64,000 bases of DNA from Lepidodermella squamata (taxonomy: Eukaryota > Animalia > Gastrotricha), in contig JBLDXI010000031.1 of assembly GCA_047495785.1 (NCBI GenBank), positions 930,001 to 994,000 of the forward strand. Direction: 5' to 3'. Position numbers and translations under genes: made by a program. The notes under the pieces were generated by a model that was not told where the DNA came from, searched no databases, and worked only from the letters and a program-made list of their open reading frames with translations. This document shows, piece by piece, positions 45,701 through 57,231 of the stretch. Position 1 is the first letter of the stretch. Every line of letters begins with the position of its first letter.

Positions 45701-47815
45701 CCGTGGCAGTTTCGGCAACAAAAGCTGTACAGACCTAATTTCGCAATGGTGGATAAAGACCTTCTCAGCTTGAAATTATCGAGCGAGAATGGGAATGTAG
45801 GGCGTTGTTGTGTCATTTTTACGTTTCACGAAACTGTTTGACTGAAAATCAACTGCAAGTCTGATGGTCAAATTCAACAAATGAACAAAATGAATTTTGA
45901 ACGTGTTTCATTAGATTCAATGTTCAATGCCGGATTTTTTCCCCAATTTTGCACACACACTAGCGTTTTATCAGTGCAGGTCGTAAAATTGAACGTGACC
46001 AAAAATAATTGAAAAGTGGGGGTTTTGGCGAACATTTTGATTTTGATGCCGCTTTCAAGACCGACTAACGAGGAGTCGACTGATATAAAAAATAGGTTGA
46101 TATTCATCGGGGTTGGCGAGAAAATGAGCTTAAAAGTTTAGGGGCGAAAATTTCTAATTTCGTAAAATGCAATCTTAAAACATTTAGTTTTCAGTACTTA
46201 AGTATTATTAAAAATCCGTCGCGCAATAAATTCAGATTTTATTTAATTTTTGCGCTATCGACCTTTTTATAGGTAATCTGAGGTGAGGAATCTCGCTGTA
46301 TATCCGAAAATTTTGTTGGGATCAAGCTAGTGTCTGTAGGACAACCTGAATCAATGACACTTTCCAGGGCATCTCTGGGGTTTTCCGTGTTTTAAGGAGG
46401 ATGGGAGCATCCAAGAGGTCAGAAATTCGAAAATTCAAAATCCTAAAGAAAAACTGAGTTAAGATAACTAGGAATCCAAGAATCGTCCCTCTTCAAGTTG
46501 ATACACGTTTTACCATTTGCTGGAAAATACAGAAAATATGCCAAACCCCACTTTTCACTTATTTTCGGTCACGTATCAAAATTTGGTGGACCCACTAAAT
46601 GTGTTCAAAATGTTCAAAAAATTCGAAAAAATTTCAAATTTTGTTGAAAACAACCGTCTTACCTGTGAAATACAGTGCCGACAGACTAGCGCCAGTCCAG
46701 CGAACCGGCTGGCTCCAGTAGGTCTTCCAGCCGCGGAACAGCGTCACCAACGGCCGGAGCAGCGGCACCCGGCCGAAGCACCCAGGCGGCTCCAAATGCT
46801 TCAAGGCATTCGACCCGTTCGACACCAACGACGCCGAAGACAACGGCCGGTTGCTCGGCGCCTTCGGCAGCTGTAACGCCGCATTCCTCCGGTAAACTTG
46901 ATACAGCAATAAAATCTCACACGGCGCCGAGACAAGGTTCCAGGCGACGACAACCACCGCCCCGGCCCACGCACCAGCCGCCTCCATCGCCAGGCCGACG
47001 AGGACCGGCGATAGAATGGCGGTTGTCAAGTCGATACGCTTCAAAATCGCATTAGTCGACGCTAATTTTGCGCGATTTTCATTGCACAACGTCGGAACCC
47101 AGTCTTTGACGACCGTCAACTGGCAGGCGACCGCCGCCATGTAGGCAAGGGTGGAAAACGCGATCGAAACAGCGATTGCGAAGTGATGCGACCACTCGGC
47201 CGGCAGTGACTTATCCCTGCCATGCGTTAGTCTAAGCAACACCAGCAAAACCAACGCGGATAGGCAGACGAAAATATTTTGCAGGACAATTGAAGTTATC
47301 GTTGACTTCAACCGTTTCGTCTTATCAACCCACGCGCCGATCAGGGCTCCGAATACGAAAACTGCAACCGACTGGCATAGCTGTTGGATGGCGACTGTGC
47401 GCAGGGATTGCAGATTCTCCCAGTCGATGAGCAACATGCCGACTGTGAAGCCCCACATGCGATCGCTCCATGAGCTCAGCCCGTGAGATAGGTAGACCAG
47501 TAGGAATGGGCTTCGGTAGCAAGATGCGCACCAATTCGAAAGAGTCGGCGTGCTGTCGTCGACTCGAATGCCGTCTGGGAGGGGCGACATCGGGCCTGAG
47601 GCTTCTCTTTTGTGTTTACTGTTAGGGCTTTGATCACTTGGTTGCTGATTTAGTGTGAGCATTGGAATGTCAACGGTTTTGCGTTGGGGTTTTTCGAGTA
47701 GTGGCAGGTCGGTTTCTTCGGTGTTTTCTTCGTCGTCGATTTTCTGAGGGTTGCTCGGCTGTACGATCTCCGGCTCGGCTGGCCGCTCCTCGTCTTTGCC
47801 ATCCGACGAATCCAT
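42762..47815 (-). CDS. SLC40A1: Ferroportin (SLC40A1-like) copy 1; exons 47815-46663 and 43525-42762
   Basis: LSSWSDRMWGF, GALIGAWVDKTKRL, VVKDWV, NAILKRIDL, YFT|VVSFDGVTTAY, LWGTDLSINQ and ERGVVNGVQGSLN. Confidence 0.92.
44915..45359 (+). repeat. 208-bp tandem duplication (~2.1 copies) carrying a LicD/fukutin-like motif fragment
   Basis: AGATCGTGGCTACT recurs at 44915, 45123 and 45331; the unit translates to LLKPIRSGFL..KDVLPFDDDIDL. Confidence 0.85.
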
Positions 47816-49134
47816 GGCACAAAATTTGAATAAATAATGGCCCTAAAAATTGCAAAATTATGAAAAATTAATAGCGCTGAGGGAAAATCATAGCTATTTA
47901 CAGGAATTCACAAATAATAGCAAATCATTGCGAAAAATTTGCGCGCAAAAAAACCGAAATGAAATTCGGAAAAATTATGAAAAATGTTATCATTTTCTGA
48001 ATTTTTAGACATTTTTCATTCGTTTCTAGAATTTTCACAATATTTGAAGTGGGAATCTTTTAGTGGAAGGTTTCATAACTTGCCAAAACTCAGCAAACTG
48101 TAGAAAAGGGTCAATTTTGAATAAAAAAAGCATGGGGGAATTTTTTGAATTTTTAAAATTAAGCAGACAAATCCCCAGAAATATTGAAGGCGAAAAATCA
48201 CGTCCACAGTCAGACGTGGGAACAGTTTAAAAATATAAAATTTACAAAGAGGTATCTAAACCGCTCAGTTGAGATTATAAGGTTACAAGGATAAATTTAT
48301 CTGGAAATTTAGACAAAGGTTCCATGGAAGTCATTTTGCAGCCATGCTCCAGCAAAAAACCATTTGTATGCGGTGCGAGGCTGTGTTTATCGCGATAAAT
48401 CTTTTATCAGAGAAAATAGTGCATAATAGCCATTTTCAGGACGGAATAATTCAGTTAGAATGCAAGGCAGCTTTCTATCTTGAAATTAGAAAAAATTGAA
48501 GTGATGCTTCATAAAATCTGCAAAAATACTTGAGATTAGGGTGCCTTCAGCTGCGAGTGTTCAACATCACAGTTTGTTCAATCTTAAAAGTAAATCAGGT
48601 AAAAAAGTGTTCAGAAGTGGCTTTTATCCAAATAAATGCCCCAGTTTTTCTCTAAAAAACATGAGTCACTGATATTACATCAGCCAGGATTTTTTGTTCA
48701 GATTGGCAATCACGCGATTTCTCCTCATTTTTAATTGAAAAGATTTTCCCGACGCTGGAAAAAAAAACTAGATCAAGCCTTATGCGCGCCGAAAACAATC
48801 AATAGACTTCCGCTGCAGAGAAAAAAAATAGCGCCAGACTACTACGCAGGACACTCAGAGCGCAGGTTCGATTTTGCACTGAAAAACGACAAATATAAAT
48901 AATTTCAAGCCAAAACAAACTGATTTAATTTGATAGATTCTGTCCATTTCAAATATAATAATAATAATCACTATCTCAGACCCACAACTCGACCGGATCA
49001 GCAGGTTTCATATAACACTCATCACAAAAATACATTGGAAGACTAAATTTATATCAGAACCTTCACCGAAAATAATAATGGCAAGAAAGCACAAAAAATC
49101 CCATCACCTACACTCAGCAGAAATACTAATTCTT

Positions 49135-51311
49135 TCACTTGCGATTCTTCTTAACCGGCGAGAATTTTTTCGCCAGATTAGTCGCCATATCCTCGGGAAG
49201 GCCGAGCCACAAAATCGCCCAACCGCAGGCCATAGTAGTCATAGCGGCTAGGACGATCATTCCGAAAGACGACGGCATCGGCATGAGCATAACAACCGCG
49301 AGGCGGGCGATATCGACCAGCGAATTCATCGGTTCCATCACATTGTTGTAGACATTCTGCTCACCGGGCGATAGGTTATCGGCGAAAATCGCGTTCAACG
49401 CGCAGTCAGTCATCCACAGCGTGAAGCGGGAGGCAACAGCCGCGGCGATGAACAGCATCAGGTGCGACGAGTGGTTGATGACAGAGTCGTTGAAGCGGAC
49501 TTTGGTCGCGCAGAAGTCTTCCTCGTCCAGCGCCGGTGAGTTGAGGCCGGGCAGGGCGAACGAGGCGAAGCAGAGCATGACGCAGATCACGTGCGCGGCG
49601 TAGCTGACCAGCGTGGTTTTCTTGAGGCCCAGCAGGCTGCGGACGTATGGGAAAGACACAACACCGCCCAGACCAACAGCCCAGCCGGCTAAAAATTACG
49701 CAGACAATAAATAATTTGAAATTAAATTAATTAATTTGCGGAGTTTTTTTCTGAAATTTTGGAAAAATGTCTTGAACTTTCAAGACCAATAAAAATCGGA
49801 AAATTTTATTTTGAAACAATACTTCGGAATACTATTCTACGGCGTGGTTCACGGTTTTTGCTGCGGTTTTTACCGGTTTTACCGGTCTGGTAGATTTGAG
49901 TCTTTTTTCCACCGCTTTTCCACCGCATTTTATCGAATTTGAAGCGTCATTTATCAATAATCAGTTGTGACTGGACACGTGGTATTGCTTTCTGTCAACA
50001 TGTGTCACACGTTACGCACCTCTATTTTTCGCATTGCTATTATTAAAATCTGCATGTCCCAAAATACCTTGGGGGCATATTGTGGACGCACTATATGCTA
50101 ACTTATTGTCCTAATAAACGAGTGAAGAATACGGCCGGACCGGCCGAGTAGTGTAGACGGTGTGAGTAAAACGCATGTGGAACCGGAAGGTTAAGTATCT
50201 TCGGTGATTTTGCGGTGAAAAATATTGAAGAATAGAAAACGTGAATATATTCACTCACCAGAACGAGCCGAAGCAGCGATGACTTCATCAACGCAGTAGA
50301 TGCGAAGGTAACCAGTTGTAATCGGATCGAAACACATAACTGAAAAATCCAAAAGAAATTGTATAAAAATCAAAATATAATCCGAATATGATTCATACCA
50401 GTGAAATAGAGCGAGGCCATGCTGAAACCAAGCCAAGACAGCTCCTTCTGGCCGAAACGGCGCCAGTTATTCGACATGACACTCAACGGCTCGAAAAGCA
50501 GCTTCGGATTCCAGAAATTTTCATGCTGAACCGGCTTGGTCTCAGGCTCAGCCTCGGCCGGCCGCGAGCCAGGCTCCGGGAACACGTCCTTATTCAAATT
50601 GTAAGTATGGAACAAAATGAACGTCTCAACCGCGCCGGAAACAAATTGCCAGATGATGATGAAAAGGGCGGTGGCCGGGGCGCCGTAGAACTTCATCAAC
50701 ACACCGATAGCAAGGGGCGAAACCATGGCAACAACCCAGTCAATGTACTTCAAAACGCGAGAATTGAACTCAGGCACGTCGCCCTTGCAGTAATTCGGCA
50801 GCCATTTCTTGTTGATCGCGGTTTGATGCGTATGGCTCGATAGATGGGCGATAACCGAAAAGAGAATCGCCATCAAAATTACCGACAACGAATTTGTTTG
50901 CATCAGCAGAAAGGCAGAGGCGACGCAAATCGAGGCCTTTTGAACAATGAGCGGGACCAGCGCGGATTCGCAGTGTTTTGTCGATTTTTTCGACGCCCAT
51001 TTGCCTAGCATTGAGCCCAACGCCAGCTGGGCGAATGAGCAGGCGAGTAGTTGCAGGGCCACCCAGCGTAGGGTGCGGAATTCTGGCAGGGTGACCAGGA
51101 TCATGCCCATCGCGAATGGCCAGAAGCGGTCGCCCCACGATGCGATGAGGCGCCATGCGTAGAAGGGTGCCATGTTGCGGACTGGGGTGGGAGGGATGAC
51201 TTCGATGCCGTCGGCCGACTTTTTGGTTTTCGGCTCGCGGCTGATCAGCGGTTCGGCGGCGGCCGGTTCGGGTGACGAGTCATTGTTTTGCTGGGTCCGC
51301 GATCGCAGCAT
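49135..51311 (-). CDS. Ferroportin-like copy 2 (divergent); exons 51311-50399, 50339-50259, 49688-49135
   Basis: IASWGDRFWPF, INKKWL, LKYIDW, YFT|VMCFDPITTGYL and SRFTLWMTD; shares the YFT|V intron position with copy 1. Confidence 0.88.
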
Positions 51312-52352
51312 TTCTCACTCGATTTCTTTGGTGGAAAAATGGATAATTACAAAATAATAAATTAACACCTAGATCGAAATTAAAGAATTTTCATTAGATA
51401 AGGTGGTTGAGCTAGGTTATCAGAAACGGCTAAAACAGAGCTTCTAGAATCTAAAATTATTTGCGGCCGGAAAACTTGAGTGAAACCAAAGGTTTTATGT
51501 TCACTCATCCATAAAATTCTACAAAAATAGAGTCGCCCCCGTTACGCTAAAATAAACCAACAAAAACGGTTTTAGGAAACTATGAGAATTTTCTTACAAA
51601 TTATCAGAAATCTCGAACCTTGTGGTAACATGGCATTGGTCGCAGCTGAATACCCAGTTTTGAAGTTGAGAAGCCCTGGTCTATCACGTTTCCCAGCAAT
51701 AATTTTTTATAGAAATTTATCAAATTATTTGTTTCAATCATGGAAATAATACGGAAATTCTAATAAGGACGAAGGCATGAACAAGAGGAAACTAAAATTA
51801 GCAAGCATAAAAATGAATTACTTGGGGCAATTACAAAATATCTCAAAGAAGATTTAAGATTTTTGAAAAAGGAATCTTAAATTTTTGATGGATTTTTACC
51901 TAAAATTTACCTAAAAATTATCGAGAAAAGCAATCATATTAAACATAGAATTGTGTAAGCAATAAATGAAATGAATAATATTAGGATTATGTCTTTGAAT
52001 TAAATATGGGAAACTTTATACATTATACTCTAACTACTAATGGTTCGGCCGAAAAAAATTCCGAGTCCGGCAAGACCAATTAAATTGGTAAATCGTTACA
52101 AAAATGACGAAAATTCTCGAAATTGAAAAAACAAGATGACTAGCTTCATTGATGAGATAATAAAAAAGAAGTCTCGCGCGTGCCCATTTCAACAATGTTC
52201 CCAATGACACGCGATCGGAAATGAGAAAAAAATGTAACGAGGTTATCTGGAAAATTCCCAGAATTTTCCATTATTTTTATTATCATTCCGTGATTTATTC
52301 AAACAAATATAATTTGAAAGCCTAAAAATTGCCTACAAATAATTTTTTTCCA

Positions 52353-55300
52353 TCACTTTTCACCCGGTTGTACCAATGATGACAACGTAGCCATTTCGCG
52401 TTCTCGCTTCAAATTGCGCTTCTGCTTCTGCTCATCCAACGCCTCCAGCTTCTCGGCAAACATCGGCCGCAAAACAGGCGGCATATGCGGCAACAACGCC
52501 AGATCTCGCCGCGAAATCAGCATGTTGTCAAACGCAATTCCAACATTCAGCGACGGTGGGACAGCTAACAATTCCTCGGTTAAATTCGGTAGGGTTTCAT
52601 AGCGCTGACTGAAATGAGTCAATAGCGTCATTTTCGCGCCCATTTTTCTGCCGATTTCAATGGCTTGGCTCGTTGTTGAGTGCCGTTTCGACACAGCTTC
52701 ATCGGCTAAATCGTCGTCAAAAGTCGCTTCGTGGATTAAAACATCACAACCATGGCCGAGTCTGGCTAAATTATCACTTGGCATCGTATCGCCGGAATAA
52801 ACCAGTCTAAACCCGTTTGACGCTGTGATTTGATAGCCCAGCGCGTTTTTGCAATGCCGAACTGAGCAAGATTCGATTTTCGTAATTCCGACCTGGTCGA
52901 GTAGTTTCTGGTAAGATTCATTCGAGTAGTGGTCTTCGCCGATTTGATCAGCATCGACCAGTCTGACTAGGCTGGACATGACAATCGGGTCGAGAGTTGT
53001 CGCGTAGGCTTTCATCCACCGGTCCAAAAAGCGAGGAATCGCGACGATGAGTGGTTGGTAGTCGAGGCCGAGGCGTTCAAAAGCTCTCCTTCGTTCATAG
53101 ACCAAACCAAGTAGACCCTAAACATGTTGAAAAACTTTCTTTAGGTCGATCGTAAATTTTGTTGGAGATGAAAAAATCGAATAAAAAAATGGAAAAAATA
53201 CCGAAAATGCTGAAAATTAACCGAAAAATAACTTGCGAGAAGCATATAATTTTTTCCAATTTTCGGTATTGAAATCATCAAAAATGGCGAAAATTCTCCG
53301 ACCAAAAATATTTTAATAAAAAATTACCATGTGATGGTCAGCGTGGCGATGCGTGATCAGTACCAAATCGAGCGCCGTTAAAGCTCGATCGCCCGCCTCG
53401 CCGAGGCCAAAATACCGCAAAAACTGGCCAGTTGTACCCTCAGCACAGTCCATCAACACGTACCGAACAGAATCGGCCGCTTTCAAATACAACAAAATCG
53501 CCGAAGAATTGCGCCGTTTACCCGGAACCGCACTCGCGGTTCCGAGAAATAGAATCTTCGGAAAATCACCATCATTTTCGCTATCAGTCGATTTTATCGA
53601 TTGAACTCGAGTTTTATAAGCAGATAACGCATCGATGAATTCGGGGTTTTGAATTTCAGTGACGAATTCTGTATGGTCCAGGGTGATTGGGAAGCCTTTA
53701 ACGGCCGCCTGAAATTGACCCTGGCGACACGCGTACGTCAACCCAGTTCCACCCTGAATTTTCCGTGATTTTTCGAGATTTTTCACTGCTTCATCATCCA
53801 GCGGCGATTTATTAGATTTTTCCGCATTTTCCGGCAGTTGATCGTCGAGTAATTTGAAAATACCCGCATCCAACTGATTCAACTGCGCCTGCATTCGGTA
53901 GATTCGCTCATGCGCAACGTGGCTGCAATTTTCGTTCAAAATCAAATGATCGGTGATTGAAGACGAAAATTTCGCTAGCCATTCTTGGTAGGCCTTTGAC
54001 TCGAAAACTTCAATTGGGGACATGTGGACAATTAACTGAGCAGTTTTCTCCGATTCGCCGTCCATCATCGAGTTTATAACCGGGTTGTCGCGAAGAGATT
54101 TCACGTAGCTCGAATTCGGGCATTCGACAAAGAGAACTGGGCGAGCTGGCAGCGGGTCGTCCAACACGTCGTCTGGTTTGATAGTCCGGCCGTCGGGTAG
54201 GGTGACTGGTTCGCCGCGGACCAGCTGGCCGATAGCCGGGCCGCGTGGCAGCCCCAATTTCACGCATTTTTCCATGTCAACCTTTCGATTTTTCGCTTTT
54301 GGCTTCATGATGAATGCGAGCACGGTGTCGCCGCCGAATGTTGGCGACTGCCTCGATCGCTTCGACTGGTCGTGGTCACTTTCGAGATTCTAAAAATGAA
54401 ATGATAAGAAATCATCAAGATCGTCAAGAAAAAAGTTTCAATTTTGTCTAGTTCCGTGTTTCCTTAAGAAAACGCCTTTACGTTTCAGTTAAGTTTGAAT
54501 CGCAACTAGATGCGAAATACTTCACATAAAATTCCCGGTCACTAATCCTTCCAGCATGCATTTCGCCTGCATTCGTAGCATTTTTGTTCTAAAACATTCT
54601 ATGAAATCATGTTCCTGTTTAGCTCCTCTTTCCGTTGTTTAAATATCGGGCACTAATTCGTATACAGTAACTTGCGAAAATGTAAAAGATTGTCTCATTT
54701 GCGAGTCGATATCTCTTCTATATCGTCGGTAGTCGACGCCCAAAGAGAAGCCTTTTGCTTTATTCTCTTCGCCACGCATCTATGCACGAAGAATTTTTCG
54801 CTACACTGTCGTATTTTAGCATGCCGGTTGACCCAAGTATCTGCTGCTGCTGTTGCCGCTCGGTTCGAGATGTTGAAGGCGAAGCTGAAAGCTTCTAAGA
54901 AGGCTGGGATGGGTGGTAATCACGGGGCCAACGCTCTGTTAGCTCGCCACGCTAGAATGGCCGTTCAGCCGGGTGCGTTCGGTGTGAGCAACCCGAAACA
55001 GCTGTTCAACACGATGTGCTACTGGTCGCAGCAGGTGGGCTGAGGACGACCGAGGAGATGATGGCGATTCAGACTACCGACATCAGCTTCCCTGAGCTGT
55101 TGAACGGGAGATGTCGAGTCGATGTCAAGCTGCGGCATCGGAAAAAGGACACTGGGGCTGAAAACGGCCCCAGGAAGAATCATAATTTTTTCGTGATTCA
55201 CATATACGACCGGGATCTGGGGCCAGATCCGTCATCGGCTGATCCTTCGACGCGTATGACTATTGTGGCGGCTCGAGATGGTTCGCAAATATCCTGGCAA

Positions 55301-56772
55301 CGCCCCGCATGTTTTTCGAACCCGGAATATGGAGCAAGGCCGTTTTCAGCCGTGCTGGAAGTGGTTTCGCGCGACGGTGATCTCGAAGAAAACGCTGGGT
55401 CATCTGACTCGAGATATCTTCGAGCCGCTCGGACTGGTGAAGATGTACTCGAATTATAGCTGGCGGAAGCTGGAAGATATTCTGCGATAAAATAGCGGAC
55501 AGTTTCCATTTGACGAGTGATTTTGCCTCGGGACATCCTCAGACTCATTGATTCTGTGCACTTGGATAACTCAATAACTTGATGTCTTATTCAAAATTAG
55601 GAACAAGATTTGTGGCAGAACCGTTGTCCTGATCAACTTTCGAAAAAAACTACCCCTACTTGGTACAAAAGTTGGAAACTGACGAAGACAAGTCACTTCT
55701 AAGAAAAATAACGCGAGTCAAGTTCACGATGCAATTGGAAGCTTTGATTGACGTCTACGAAGTCGCACCGAAGCTGTCTCTGACGCTTCAGAAATTTGAA
55801 ACACTTCCATGGGAAATTGCCGGGTCAGTTAAGCGAACAAATTTGCGTCTGCGCCAATTGGTGATGCCGAAGAAATTGATGAGTCTGTTTTTTCGAAATT
55901 CGAAATGGGAAGAATCGGGGATGCGAGCTTGCGAACGAGAATGGGGCGGATTTTGGCCTTGACTCATAGGAACATTGATAACCTCTCTAATACTGTTCTA
56001 ATATATCGGGATTTCACTCTATTTTTATCATAAAACTCAAAGGCCGACTTCGTGATGAAATTGCACAAGAATTGAGCTCGAAAATGCCTGCATTAGAGCT
56101 TTGGAAGTAAAATGTGGCGAGAGGCTCACTGATAATGATTAACCATTTAACCAATTAACGAAAAATTAAACTAAACAAATGTAAACGTACCGGTATAAGA
56201 GGCACGCAGCCAACTGTGATCGAGTCGTCCGAGAACAAATCATGATAGTCTTTCGTCTCATTCGTAACACACGGCTCAATGTCCAGTTTCAACTCGTCAT
56301 TTTCCGTCGTAAAACTGCGCGCAAGAGTCAGAATTTTCTCACTATTCGGCGGGCCGTGAATCGCCAGCCGCTTCGAAAACGCGGTTTGAAGCGTCAGCGC
56401 CATTCCCAGCAACCCGCCGCCATTTCGCCACCGATTTGTTGTCATGAAAATGTGTTCAAGTCGCGAAAATTTCGACCCGCCAATATCGGTTAGAATGCGC
56501 TGGGCGCCTTCAGGGCAGTTGATCAAATAGGTCGAATAGTCGGTTAGAACCAGGACGCAACTCGAGGTATCACGCCGGCCGCCGGCTACGACTACGACGT
56601 CGACAGCTGCAGGCGGGGGCCGGGCGGTTTGGTTCGATTTTTGGTCACCGGATTTGTTGGCGGAGTGTTTCATTTTTGGGAATACAACGGACGAGTGTTT
56701 TGGTGATTTCGATTTGAAAGCGATGTGGCGAATTGAGAACCGTTGGAGAACCAGAATTTGCCGCAGAAACAT
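52353..56772 (-). CDS. ELAC2: Long-form tRNase Z; exons 56772-56191, 54389-53328, 53117-52353
   Basis: YLINCPEGAQR, exosite GLPRGPAIGQL, FLGTASAVPGKRRNSS, DCAEGT, THRHADHH, YSGDTMP, HEATF, HST and THFSQRY. Confidence 0.95.
55660..55870 (+). mobile_element. Probable hAT-like transposase fragment in the ELAC2 intron
   Basis: KFTMQLEALIDVYE..KLSLTLQK..TLPWE resembles the F..L..L.D.....LS..LQ helix of hAT transposases; short and degenerate. Confidence 0.4.
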
Positions 56773-57231
56773 CAACAATATACGGTAAAAATTCGAGATT
56801 AAAATACCATTTTTCCTATAAAAAAAATTAGAAAATTTAGTTTAAAAGGTGAAATCGAGAATTTTCCCTGGAATTTCGAGTTGGATGAAAAAACTCAAAA
56901 TTCAAAAAAATTTGGGAAAAATACAAGAAATTATTTTGATTTTCGAGAATAAAATAGGTATTGCGCACAACGCAAAAATATGATATAAAATGACGCAATC
57001 ATGACGCTTTCCTGGAAAAATTTCATTAGCGGTTTAAAATCATGCGATCACAAGATATAATAACAATACCTATTCAGCAAAATCAGAGTGATCAAATCAC
57101 AAATTATTTTTCGTTTTTATAAAATCAATCATGTCACATTAGGCTCGGGTTACCGAAAAAAGCGAAAGAACGAGAAAAATCGTCATGAATAATCGAATTT
57201 TGGCTAATTTTTTCGATGAAAAATAACAGCA

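Noticed and set aside
48866-48890. IRE-like hairpin on the minus strand (TCGTTTTT-CAGTGC-AAAATCGA) upstream of ferroportin 1
   Set aside because: It has the CAGUGN loop but lacks the unpaired C five pairs below it. The stem is mostly U-A with a U-U mismatch, and it is ~1 kb from the ATG. Likely chance.
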